Below are positions 1-8,503 of a stretch of DNA of 37,740 bases, one piece after another (within the stretch, counting starts at the first letter, position 1; each line of letters begins with the position of its first letter). The DNA comes from Candidatus Krumholzibacteriia bacterium. GTDB lineage: Bacteria > Krumholzibacteriota > Krumholzibacteriia > LZORAL124-64-63. The translations under genes were made by a program, and so were the position numbers. The stretch lies in contig JAWOID010000058.1 of NCBI GenBank assembly GCA_046484865.1, forward strand, positions 1 to 37,740. The letters run 5' to 3'. The notes under the pieces are model-generated. The model made no database searches and was not told where the DNA came from. It saw only the letters and a program-made list of their open reading frames with translations.

Positions 1-42
1 GAACGAACCAGCGATACAACGACCCGGGAGGCGGGAGGTCAT
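1..42 (-). CDS. Possible 5' start of a leaderless gene running off the left edge (MTSRLPGRCIAGSF...)
   Basis: ATG (cat at 40-42) lies 7 nt downstream of the -10 box of a near-consensus sigma70 promoter; the frame is open to the window edge. Too short to assign a product. Confidence 0.35.
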   Translation of the reverse strand, partial: MTSRLPGRCIAGSF

Positions 43-49
43 TGGGATC

Positions 50-78
50 AAGATAAGCGAACAAGAGGCGAATGTCAA
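50..78 (-). promoter_or_regulatory. sigma70-type promoter TTGACA-N17-TATCTT pointing out of the window
   Basis: Plus strand tgtcaa at 73-78 and aagata at 50-55 with an exact 17-nt spacer. Confidence 0.7.
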
Positions 79-165
79 GGCGACGGTCGCAAATCATCCC
101 CGTGAAGGCGAGAACTTTTGGCCAGCTCGGACCCGCGCGCATCGACCGGGGACAAGACTGATAGA

Positions 166-359
166 GTCCTGCACCCGGGTCCACTCGTACCGAATTCGTA
201 CACTCATACCAGAGCGGATCTGTCCTGCACCCGGGTACACTCGTACCAAAGTCGAGCGGTCCTGCACCCGGGTCCACTCGTACCCAAAGTCGAGTGGTCC
301 TGCACCCGGGTACACGTACACTCGTTACCAAAGTCGAGCGGTCCTGCACCCGGGTGCAC
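166..359. repeat. Degenerate tandem array of five GTCCTGCACCCGGGTNCAC units
   Basis: Units start at 166, 222, 259, 297, 341 (spacings 56, 37, 38, 44). The core TGCACCCGGGTNCA is palindromic (perfect at 345-358). Linkers are related to each other (TCGTACCAAAGTCGAGCG-like), not unique. Confidence 0.95.
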
Positions 360-480
360 TCAGCCGCAGGCCTGCCCCTGGGCACCCGTCGAAGAAGGCA
401 TGAGGTTCCGATTCCCTCCACTGGCCTCCTGCCTCCGCTGTCGCCGGAACGATCGAGACATATACGCGACTAAAAGAGTT

Positions 481-495
481 GTGGACCCGGGTACA
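481..495. repeat. Sixth, inverted copy of the palindromic motif (GTGGACCCGGGTACA)
   Basis: Its reverse complement TGTACCCGGGTCCAC matches units 1 and 3 (TGCACCCGGGTCCAC) at 14 of 15 positions. Confidence 0.85.
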
Positions 496-500
496 ATCGT

Positions 501-794
501 CGAGAGGCCGATCTGCTCCTGGCGGATCTGTCGCTGCCGGGCATGAACGGAATCGAGCTGGTGGGCGCCGTGCGCGCCCGGCGGCCGGATCTGGTGTGCG
601 TGATGGACACCGGACACGGACAGGCGCACGACTTCGATCAGGCGCTCGCCGCCGGAGCGCGCGGCTACGTTCTGAAGGGGGACCCCGGCGAGATGCTCGA
701 GGCCCTGCCGCGGGTGTTGAGTGGCGAGATCTACGTGAGTCGGGCGCTGCGGCGCGCGGCGGCCGATCGCTCCTCGGCGAACGGCCGTCCCTGA
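501..794 (+). pseudogene. 5'-truncated response-regulator receiver domain (NarL-like REC, no output domain)
   Basis: The frame of ORF 543-794 extends upstream as EADLLLADLSLPGMNGIELV...VMDTGH...ALAAGARGYVLKG...GEIYVS, i.e. REC beta3 to alpha5 with the acceptor Asp. An in-frame TAA sits at 471-473, there is no ATG/GTG/TTG before the Asp, and the beta1 acidic pocket is missing. Confidence 0.75.
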
Positions 795-803
795 CCCGGC
801 TGA

Positions 804-3800
804 TCAGCGGCCGGCGCCGGTCGCGCCCTCCCCACCGATCGCCGGTGCGACGCCGCGCCGCCCGTCGTGCTCGCGCGTCTCCCGGGCCTGCTCGCGCACC
901 CGCGCGCCGTACCAGAGCGCCGGCAGCACCAGCAGCGTCAGCACCGTGGCGCTGACCAGCCCGCCGATCACGACCACCGCCAGCGGCCGCTGCACCTCGG
1001 CGCCGGCGCCGGCCGCGTACAGCATGGGCGCCAGGCCGAGCACGGTGGTGGCCGCCGTCATCAACAGCGCGCGGAAGCGCAGGGAGCACGCCGTGAGCAC
1101 GGCCTCGAGCGGCGCGTGGCCGTCGCGGCGCAGCTGCTCCATGAACGCCACCAGCACGGTTCCGTTCTGCACCGCGATGCCGAAGAGAGCGATGAAACCG
1201 ACGGTGGACGGCACGTTCAGGTCCATGCCCAGCAGCACCATGGCCGCCACGCCGCCGACGAGGGCGAAGGGCAGGGCCGTCAGCACGAGCCCGGCGTTGC
1301 GGATGGACCCGAGCGCCGAGACCAGCATCAGGAAGATCAGCCCGACGCTCACCGGCACCACGATGCTCAGGCGCCGCATCGCGCGCTGCTGGCTGGCGAA
1401 GGTGCCGCCGTACTCCACCCAGTAGCCAGCGGGCAGGTCCGCCGTGAGTTCCGCCAGCGCTCGCTGCGCCTCGGCCACGAAGCCGCCCAGGTCGCGGCCG
1501 CGGACGTTGGCCTCCACCACCACGCGGCGTACGCCGTTCTCGCGGCTCACCTGCGCCGGACCCTCGACCCGGCGGATCTCCGCGAGCTGCCCCAGGGGGA
1601 CGTGGCCCCCCGCCGGCGTGGGCACCAGGATCTGCGCGATGGCGTCGGCACTGCTACGCGCCTCTGCCGCGAAGCGCACGCGCACACCGTAGCGCATGCG
1701 TCCCTCCACCATGGTGGTGGCCACCGTCCCGCCGACGGCGGTGCTCACGAGCGAGTTCACGTCGTCGAGGGTGAGCTGGTGACGCGCCAGCTCGCGCCGG
1801 TCCGGAACGATGTCCAGCGAGGTGAACCCGGCCACCTGCTCCACGTTCACGTCGCCCGCCCCGGGCACGCCGCGCAGGGTGACCGCCGCCTCGTCGGCGA
1901 ACGTCTTGAGCCGGTCGAGATCGTCGCCGAACACCTTCACCGCCAGGTCGCTCTTCACGCCGGAGATCAACTCGTTCACTCGCAGGGCGATGGGCTGGCT
2001 GAACGCCAGCCGCAGGCCGGGCACCCGGCCCAGGCGCTCCGCCATCGCCGCCACCAGTTCCTCCTTGCTGCGGCCGGTACCCCACTCCGAGCGCGCCTTC
2101 AGCATGATCAGCAGGTCGGTCTGCTCGGGACCCATGGGATCCTCGGAGATCTCGGCGCGGCCGGTCTTGCCCACCACCGTGGCGACCTCGGGGAACTGCA
2201 GGATCTCCCGCTCCAGGAAGCTGGACGTGGCCACCGACCCGTCGAGGCCGGCGTTCGGCAACCGTACGGCGTTGATGGCGATGGCCCCCTCGTCCAGTTC
2301 CGGCAGGAACTCGGTGCCCAGCCCGACGGCCAGCAACAGGGCTGCCGCCAGCGCCACGACCGCCCCGCCCACCACGACGCGCCGGCGCTCGATCACCCGC
2401 TCCAGCAGCCGCAGATAGCCCTCGCGCAGAACCCGCAGCGGGCCGAACTCGCGGCCGGCGGAGCCGTCGCGCACCAGGTAGCTGAGCAGCACGGGCACCG
2501 CCGTCTGCTCGACCAGCAGGGCACCCAGCATGGCGAAGACCATGGTGAGCGCCAGCGGCCCGAACATCTTGCCTTCCATGCCTTCGAGCGTGAAGAGCGG
2601 CAACAGGACCAGGACGATGATGAGGCTGGCGAAGACGATGGGCCGCGCCACCTCGCCGGCGGCCGCGGCATGGATCGACGGTGCGCGCGCGCCGTGCGGC
2701 GGCATCTCCGGCGCCTCACGCAGCCGGCGCAGCGTGTTCTCGGTGACCACGATGGAGCCGTCCACCACCATGCCGACCGTGACGGCCAGCCCGCCGAGGG
2801 TCATGAGGTTGGCCGTGGTGCCGGTCAGGCGCATCGCGACGAACACCAGCAGCGCGGTGAGCGGCAGGCTGAGCGCCGCCACCACGGCGGCTCGCAGGTG
2901 GCCGACCACCAGGAACAGCACCAGGATCACCAGCAGTCCGCCCTGCAGCAGCGCACCCGACACGGTGCCGATGACGTCGCGGATCAGATCGGTACGGTCG
3001 TAGAAGACGTCCAGCTGCACGCCCTCCGGCAGCGCCGCCTCGATGGAGGGCAGCACCGCCTTCACCCGGTCCACCACCTGCTGCGCGTTCTCGCCCTTGA
3101 GCATGATCACCGAGCCGCTGACGGTCTCGCCCCGGCCGTCGCGGGTGGCGGCCCCGAGGCGCGTCATGTGGCCTTCCTCGACCCGGGCCACGTCGCTCAG
3201 GTACACCGGGGTGCCGTCCTCCGCCCGCAGCACGATCGAGCGCAGGTCGTCCAGCGAGGTCAGCAGCCCCACGCTGCGCACGTTCTCCTGTTCCCACGCC
3301 TTGACGATGAAGTTGCCGCCGGCATTGGCGTTGCCCGCCGACACGGCCTGCACCACGTCGCCCACGGACAGGCCGTACTTCAGCAGTCGCGCCGGCTCCA
3401 CCAGCACCTGCACCTGACGCACGCGGCCGCCGAAGCTGTTGATCTCGTTCACGCCGGGGATGATCCGCAGCCGCGGCGCCACCAGCCAGTCGTGGATGGT
3501 GCGCAGCTCGGTGAGGTCGTGCCGCTCGCTGGCGAGGGTGTACTGGAAGACCTCGCCCAGCCCGGTGCTGATGGGGCCCAGTTCGGGCTCCACGCCGGCC
3601 GGAAGCTGCTCGCGCGCCTGCTGCAGGCGTTCGAATACGAGCTGGCGCGCCAGGTAGACGTCCAGGTCGTCCTCGAACACCACCACCACCTGCGACAGTG
3701 CCGTCTTGGAGAGCGAGCGCACCTGCCGCACGCCCGGCAGACCGCCCATGGACGTCTCGATGGGAAAGGTGACCTGCTGCTCCACGTCCAGCGGTCCGAG

Positions 3801-3977
3801 GCCCTCCGCCTCGGTGAGGATCATCACCTGCTGGTTGGTGGCATCGGGGAACGCATCGATGGGCAGGGTGCGCCAGGCCACCGTTCCGGCGACCACGGCC
3901 AGCAGGGTCAGCACCAGCACCAGCCCGCGGTGACGCAGCACCTGGCCGTGAAAGTCGGCACCCGTTCCGTGCATCAC
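804..3977 (-). CDS. czcA: CusA/CzcA-family heavy-metal efflux RND permease
   Basis: 1057 aa; LPIDAFPD, VEQQVTFPIE, LGPISTGLGEVFQY, ANLMTLGGLA..GMVVDGSIVVTEN, GTEFLPELDEG, GAGAEVQRPLAVVVIGGL motifs. Metal specificity cannot be determined. Confidence 0.93.
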   Translation of the reverse strand: MMHGTGADFHGQVLRHRGLVLVLTLLAVVAGTVAWRTLPIDAFPDATNQQVMILTEAEGLGPLDVEQQVTFPIETSMGGLPGVRQVRSLSKTALSQVVVVFEDDLDVYLARQLVFERLQQAREQLPAGVEPELGPISTGLGEVFQYTLASERHDLTELRTIHDWLVAPRLRIIPGVNEINSFGGRVRQVQVLVEPARLLKYGLSVGDVVQAVSAGNANAGGNFIVKAWEQENVRSVGLLTSLDDLRSIVLRAEDGTPVYLSDVARVEEGHMTRLGAATRDGRGETVSGSVIMLKGENAQQVVDRVKAVLPSIEAALPEGVQLDVFYDRTDLIRDVIGTVSGALLQGGLLVILVLFLVVGHLRAAVVAALSLPLTALLVFVAMRLTGTTANLMTLGGLAVTVGMVVDGSIVVTENTLRRLREAPEMPPHGARAPSIHAAAAGEVARPIVFASLIIVLVLLPLFTLEGMEGKMFGPLALTMVFAMLGALLVEQTAVPVLLSYLVRDGSAGREFGPLRVLREGYLRLLERVIERRRVVVGGAVVALAAALLLAVGLGTEFLPELDEGAIAINAVRLPNAGLDGSVATSSFLEREILQFPEVATVVGKTGRAEISEDPMGPEQTDLLIMLKARSEWGTGRSKEELVAAMAERLGRVPGLRLAFSQPIALRVNELISGVKSDLAVKVFGDDLDRLKTFADEAAVTLRGVPGAGDVNVEQVAGFTSLDIVPDRRELARHQLTLDDVNSLVSTAVGGTVATTMVEGRMRYGVRVRFAAEARSSADAIAQILVPTPAGGHVPLGQLAEIRRVEGPAQVSRENGVRRVVVEANVRGRDLGGFVAEAQRALAELTADLPAGYWVEYGGTFASQQRAMRRLSIVVPVSVGLIFLMLVSALGSIRNAGLVLTALPFALVGGVAAMVLLGMDLNVPSTVGFIALFGIAVQNGTVLVAFMEQLRRDGHAPLEAVLTACSLRFRALLMTAATTVLGLAPMLYAAGAGAEVQRPLAVVVIGGLVSATVLTLLVLPALWYGARVREQARETREHDGRRGVAPAIGGEGATGAGR

Positions 3978-4020
3978 GATCTCTCCCGTCCGCCGCCCGC
4001 AATGAGCGAACGGCAGCCTG

Positions 4021-5502
4021 CTAGTGCGCGCAGCCTTCGCCCATCTTGGCGCGCAGGACGTCGGATTTCAGGAGGAAGCTGCCCTGGGCGACCACCGACT
4101 GGCCGGCGCTCAGCCCCTCCAGCACGGGCACCCAGCCGCCCGCGCTGCGGCCGGTGACCACCGGCCGGCGCACGAAGTAGTCGCCGTCGTGGTGCACGAA
4201 GACGAAGGCCCGCCCCTCGTCCTCGAGCACCGCCTCCCGCGGCACGGCGAGCGCAGGAGCGCCGCTGCCGAGATCGAGACGGACCCGCGCGAACATGCCC
4301 GGCTTGAGCAGGCCGTCGGGGTTCGCCACCGTCACCCGGGCGCGCACCGTCCGCGTGCCCTGCTGCATGGTGCGACCCACGAAGTCCACGCGGCCGGGGA
4401 ACGTCTGCCCGGCGTAGGCCGGGACCGTGATCGCCGCCGCCAGACCGCCGCCGCCGTCCGGGCCCCGGTCCTGCGCCGCCTGGGCGCTGCTCACCGCCGC
4501 CAGGTCCGATTCGTAGAGGTCGACCCACACCCACAGGGTCCCCAGGTCGCCCAGCAGGATCAGCTCGCCCCCCGTCTCCACCCACTCGCCCCGCACCGCG
4601 TGCATCTCCAGGATCTCGCCCGCGAACGGCGCCCGCAGCAGGTAACGTCCATCGGCGCCGGCGCTGCCCGCCTGCGCGAGCGCCGCCAGCTCGTCGTCGG
4701 TCAGGCCCAGCCGCACGAGCTTCTGCCGCTCCGACTGGCTGCGCAGGCGGGCGGCCTCGAGCCCCTGCTGCGCTTCCAGGTACTCGCGCTCGCTGGTGAT
4801 GCCCGCCTGGCGCAGCTCGTGCTGGCGATCGTGAGTGCGCCGTGCCAGCCGCTCGACGGCAACCGCCTCCAGCCACGCCGACTGCGCCGACGCCAGTTCC
4901 GGACTGTCCACCTCCAGCAAGACCTCGCCCGCCGTGACGGCCCGGCCGAGATCCACGAGCACCCGGCTGATCAGCCCGGACACCTGCGCGCCGAGGTGGG
5001 CGATCCGGCGGTCGTCGAACTGGATGGTGCCGGTCAACTCGAGGTCGGCGCCGAAGCTCTGCGTCGCCACGGCGGCCGTCCGCACCAGTCCGTCCTCGCG
5101 CAGTTCCCGCGGCACCATCACCACCCCCACCTCGTACCGGCACTCGTCGCAGGCGTGGGTGGCCACCGCGTGCTCGCAGCGGTCGGCGAACAGCTCGGCC
5201 ACGTCCCGGTCCAGGTCCGAGCCCGCGGCGTGAGCATGGCCGGCGTGATCATCGCCGGCGTCATCATGGCCGGCGTCATCGGCCGCGGCGGCGCAGCCGT
5301 CATCGTGGGCGGCACCGGCCGCAGCCGACGCGACGCAGCCGTCATCGTGGGCGGTATCGGCGGCATGGGCTTCGGCCTCGGCACCCCTGGGCCCGGTCGA
5401 CGACTCGGCCGCGGCGTCGTCGCCGGCCGGGCTGCAGCCGGTCGCCGCGAGGACCAAGACGGCGAGCAGCCATCCGTGGAAGAACAGCTTACGGCTGGAC
5501 AT
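4021..5502 (-). CDS. czcB: RND periplasmic adaptor (CzcB/CusB-like MFP), lipoprotein with His/Asp/Cys-rich N-terminus
   Basis: Lipobox LAATGC; MFP motifs LLRAPFAGEI, LWVWVDLYESDL, NPDGLLKPGMFARV, VPREAV; lies between the OMF and RND genes. Confidence 0.9.
   Translation of the reverse strand: MSSRKLFFHGWLLAVLVLAATGCSPAGDDAAAESSTGPRGAEAEAHAADTAHDDGCVASAAAGAAHDDGCAAAADDAGHDDAGDDHAGHAHAAGSDLDRDVAELFADRCEHAVATHACDECRYEVGVVMVPRELREDGLVRTAAVATQSFGADLELTGTIQFDDRRIAHLGAQVSGLISRVLVDLGRAVTAGEVLLEVDSPELASAQSAWLEAVAVERLARRTHDRQHELRQAGITSEREYLEAQQGLEAARLRSQSERQKLVRLGLTDDELAALAQAGSAGADGRYLLRAPFAGEILEMHAVRGEWVETGGELILLGDLGTLWVWVDLYESDLAAVSSAQAAQDRGPDGGGGLAAAITVPAYAGQTFPGRVDFVGRTMQQGTRTVRARVTVANPDGLLKPGMFARVRLDLGSGAPALAVPREAVLEDEGRAFVFVHHDGDYFVRRPVVTGRSAGGWVPVLEGLSAGQSVVAQGSFLLKSDVLRAKMGEGCAH
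5293..5354. repeat. Direct repeat gcagccgtcatcgtgggcgg (x2) encoding AHDDGC twice in the MFP N-terminus
   Basis: Copies at 5293-5312 and 5335-5354; followed in the protein by DDAGH/DDAGD/DHAGH units. Confidence 0.85.
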
Positions 5503-6862
5503 CGGATTCCTCCCCCGTGAGGGTCACCAGTTCGAGATGGGCGAGACGGGCCGCCAGGTAGCTCTCCAGCAGCTCCGCCTCCACGGCCACCAGTTCGCGA
5601 CGGGCGTCGAGAACGTCGATCACCTGCACCTCGCCCACCTGGTACATGCGCTCCAGGGCCGCGGCCGCCGACGCGGCCCGCGGCAGGATCTCGTCGCGCA
5701 GGGTCCGCACCCCGGCAAAGGCCGCCGTTGCACGCGCGTGGGCCTGGCGCACCCGCGCGACCATGGCAGTGGTCTCCAGGTCCGCGCGGTGACGCGCTGA
5801 AACCTCCTCGGCGCGAGCGCGGGCGATGGTCCCGCCGTTCCAGTTCCACAGCGGCAGCGTGACCGCCAGCCGGCCACCGTAGGCCCGCGCGTCCAGCTCG
5901 CGTTCGTGGAACGCGCCGATCGCGATCTCGGGGAAACGGGCCGCCCGGGCCGCCCGGGCGCGGGCGGCAGCGGCCCGCGCCTCGGCGTCCGCCGCCAGCA
6001 CGGCCGGCTGGTCGGCGGTGGCGGACAGGACCGCCTCCAGCGACGGCAACGCGGGCAGCGCGGCGAGGTCACCGGCCACCTGGAGGCCGCCGGACTCCGG
6101 CAGCCCGAGCCACAGCGCCAGCGTCTGGCGGCGTGCGCGGGCGGCAGCGGCGGTCTGCTCGAGGTGGAGTTCCACCCGCGCCGCCTCGATCTCGAGCCGG
6201 TCCCGCTCCAGCGGTCGCGCCTCGCCCATGTCCACCCGGCGATGCGCGACCTGGACCAGGGCGGTCATCTGCTCGCGCGTCGCCTCCAGCGCGGCCAGGT
6301 GCTGCTCGTCGTGCACCGCGCTCCAGAACAGTTCGCCGAGCTGGCGCACGACCTCCCGCCGCAACGCCGCGACCGCGTGCTGCGCGGCCTGGTGGTCGGC
6401 GGCGGCGGCAGCCGTCCTGCTGCCCCGCTCGCCGGAGATCAAAAGCGGCACGCTCAGTTCCAGCTCGTGGACGGCGGCGTGTTCGCCCCCCGCGACCGCC
6501 TCGCTGCGCCCCAGCGACACGCCGAACTCCGGGTTGGGATACTGGCGGGCCTCCGCCACGGCGCCGGCGGCGGCGTCCGTCCCGCTGAGGGCGGCACGCA
6601 GGGCGGGATGCGCATCGAGCGCGCGCTGGACGTCCTCCCAGCGCACCACGGCCGAACCCGTCCGGTCCTGCGCAGGCGGGAACGCCTGGGAGTCGGCGAA
6701 CGCCGCCTCGACCGGGACGATCAGCGCGACCAGTGCGACCAGCGCGACCGGCGCGACCAGCGCACCCGGCGCACCCGGCGCGACCGGCGCGACCGACGCG
6801 ACCAGCGCGGCGGCCATGCGGACGGCGGCGCGCCAAGAGCGACGCGAGACGAACACGAACAT
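5489..6862 (-). CDS. czcC: TolC/CzcC-family outer membrane efflux protein
   Basis: ARQYPNPEF, RFPEIAIG, LPLWNWNGGTIARARA, YQVGEVQVIDVLDARR. Start uncertain (6862 ATG or 6892 GTG); overlaps the MFP start. Confidence 0.88.
   Translation of the reverse strand: MFVFVSRRSWRAAVRMAAALVASVAPVAPGAPGALVAPVALVALVALIVPVEAAFADSQAFPPAQDRTGSAVVRWEDVQRALDAHPALRAALSGTDAAAGAVAEARQYPNPEFGVSLGRSEAVAGGEHAAVHELELSVPLLISGERGSRTAAAAADHQAAQHAVAALRREVVRQLGELFWSAVHDEQHLAALEATREQMTALVQVAHRRVDMGEARPLERDRLEIEAARVELHLEQTAAAARARRQTLALWLGLPESGGLQVAGDLAALPALPSLEAVLSATADQPAVLAADAEARAAAARARAARAARFPEIAIGAFHERELDARAYGGRLAVTLPLWNWNGGTIARARAEEVSARHRADLETTAMVARVRQAHARATAAFAGVRTLRDEILPRAASAAAALERMYQVGEVQVIDVLDARRELVAVEAELLESYLAARLAHLELVTLTGEESDVQP
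6722..6808. repeat. 9-nt microrepeat (cgcgaccag / cgcacccgg / cgcgaccgg) expanding the OMF signal region
   Basis: Encodes ALVASVAPVAPGAPGALVAPVALVALVAL on the minus strand. Confidence 0.8.
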
Positions 6863-6961
6863 GGCAAGGCTTTCGGGTTGACGATCCTGCACGCCGGGAC
6901 CGGCCCGCGGGCGTCCGGTCAGCTCAGGCGACGGCGTGCTCCGGCCTGGTCAGGACGGGGA

Positions 6962-7303
6962 TCAATTCAGCAGGGGACGATCGGCGGGGGGATAGGGCAA
7001 CCGGGGCAGGCGAGGCACGGGTTCGTCGGCGGACGCCGGCAGCCACCTGAGATCGTCCAGGAGCGCCAGGACCGGCACCGGGGCAGCGGTGGCCAGCTCG
7101 TCCAAAGCGGGCAGTTCCGGCTCGGCGGGCCGCAGGAAAACCTCGGCGCAGGGATCGTCGCCGCAGTGGTCCTCGTGGGCGCAGGCCGCCTCGTGGTCGC
7201 AGGTGGTGCAGGCGTGATGCACCAGGCCCGCCACGCAGAACGCGGGCAGGAGGAAGACCCAGAGGGCGGCGGCGACCAGAAGCAGCTTCGTCATGGTTCC
7301 CAT
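6962..7303 (-). CDS. Small exported Cys/His-rich protein, first gene of the efflux operon (CzcI-like position)
   Basis: Hydrophobic N-terminus then CVAGLVHHACTTCDHEAACAHEDHCGDDPC; co-oriented directly upstream of czcC. Start may be 7294. Confidence 0.7.
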   Translation of the reverse strand: MGTMTKLLLVAAALWVFLLPAFCVAGLVHHACTTCDHEAACAHEDHCGDDPCAEVFLRPAEPELPALDELATAAPVPVLALLDDLRWLPASADEPVPRLPRLPYPPADRPLLN

Positions 7304-7348
7304 CGCGAAGAAAGGCCCTCGATCGTGCAGACGGCGACCGGCCAGGAG

Positions 7349-7377
7349 ACGATAGGTGCGCGACCGCTCACCGTCAA
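7349..7377 (-). promoter_or_regulatory. sigma70-type promoter TTGACG-N17-TATCGT for the efflux operon, with a dyad in the spacer
   Basis: Plus strand cgtcaa 7372-7377 and acgata 7349-7354; 7355-7372 ggtgcgcg-ac-cgctcacc is an imperfect inverted repeat (7/8). Confidence 0.6.
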
Positions 7378-7399
7378 TCCGATACCAGGAAAGCGGCTT

Positions 7400-8503
7400 T
7401 CAGTTCCGGATCTGGTCCGCTGCGAGGACGTCCCGTTCCATCCGCTCCAGAAATCCCGGACTCCAGCGCGGCAGCGACGCGTCAGGATCACCCTGCGCGA
7501 GGACCGCGGCGGCGCGATCGTAGGCCAGCAGCAGCCGCGCCGGTTCGCAGTCGGCCTCCACCACCGCCTCGCGCCCGAGCACCCGCTCCACGGTGGCCGC
7601 CATGTGCCAGCCGACCGAATAGAACGGGCCCGCCGGCGCGCCCGGCCGGGTGATGAACGACATGCCGCGACGCCCGGCGTCGTCGCCGGTGAGTTCCTCC
7701 TCCAGGAGGGCTAGCAAGAAGTCTTCCAGCTCCACCATGTCGCTGGCCAGGCTGTCGAGTCGCGCAGACCAGGCCGACCGCTCGTCCGGCCCGGCGAAGG
7801 GATGGGTGTCGCCATCCGGACCGCCGGCCGCCGCCAGGACAGCGATGCCCTCGCCGAATGCCGTCAGCCATCGCCGCACCTGCCGCACGCCGGCCGGCCG
7901 GTCCTGCGCTGCCGGCATGTCCGGGCACGCCGCCATCGCGGAACCGACATGGTGCAGCTCGTGGGCGAGGATGTGCTCGAGCTCCGCCGCGTCCCGGCCG
8001 GGTTCCACGTACATGAAGATCGCGGGGTGCTCGGTTTCCAGATCCCAGATGAAGCTGTTGGTCTGCTCGCGCACGATCGGATAGATGGTTCCGTTGAGTC
8101 GCGTCCCGGCCGGCAGGTACGCCAGCGCCTGCTCGCCGGCGCGCTGCAGATCGACCTCCCGCCAGGCGTCCAGCGCCGCGCGACGCTCGGCCAGCCCGGC
8201 CGGCGCCGGCCCGGAGAGCGCCCAGGCCCGGAAGGACGCGTCGTCGATGCCGCGGTCCAGCCCGAAGCGCTCGTTCATGCCGCGCTCGCGCTCCATGACC
8301 CGGCGGTAGCCCTCGCTCGCGAGCAGGCGCGTCCAGAGCGAGTCCGGCACCTCGTCGCCGGCCGCCCGGACGGCCAGCAGTTCCAGCACCGCTTCGGCCT
8401 GGTCGAGTTCGAGCGCGATATCGATCCGCTCGCTCCCGCGGCCCGATGCGGGCCGGGCCAGGAGCAGCACCATCGTCATGGCGACCAGGATCCCATACCT
8501 CAT
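7400..8503 (-). CDS. Secreted putative Zn-dependent protease (DUF5700-like)
   Basis: RBS GAAGGGGA then ATG at 8503; signal peptide MRYGILVAMTMVLLLARPASG; HELHH zinc motif; downstream EGIA and FYSVGWHMA. Confidence 0.75.
   Translation of the reverse strand: MRYGILVAMTMVLLLARPASGRGSERIDIALELDQAEAVLELLAVRAAGDEVPDSLWTRLLASEGYRRVMERERGMNERFGLDRGIDDASFRAWALSGPAPAGLAERRAALDAWREVDLQRAGEQALAYLPAGTRLNGTIYPIVREQTNSFIWDLETEHPAIFMYVEPGRDAAELEHILAHELHHVGSAMAACPDMPAAQDRPAGVRQVRRWLTAFGEGIAVLAAAGGPDGDTHPFAGPDERSAWSARLDSLASDMVELEDFLLALLEEELTGDDAGRRGMSFITRPGAPAGPFYSVGWHMAATVERVLGREAVVEADCEPARLLLAYDRAAAVLAQGDPDASLPRWSPGFLERMERDVLAADQIRN

Noticed and set aside
166..359. CRISPR array
   Set aside because: Inter-repeat segments are short, irregular and mutually homologous rather than unique; no cas genes in the window.
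94..629. ORFs 94-321, 118-546 and 360-629 over the repeat region
   Set aside because: Translations only mirror the DNA repeat in shifting frames and resemble no family.
867..4157. Very long antisense/alternate-frame ORFs (also 12309-14417, 14050-16482, 17134-19713, 23212-25281, 28478-31636)
   Set aside because: Shadow ORFs typical of high-GC DNA, lying opposite well-supported genes, with Arg/Ala/Gly/His-rich composition and no motifs.
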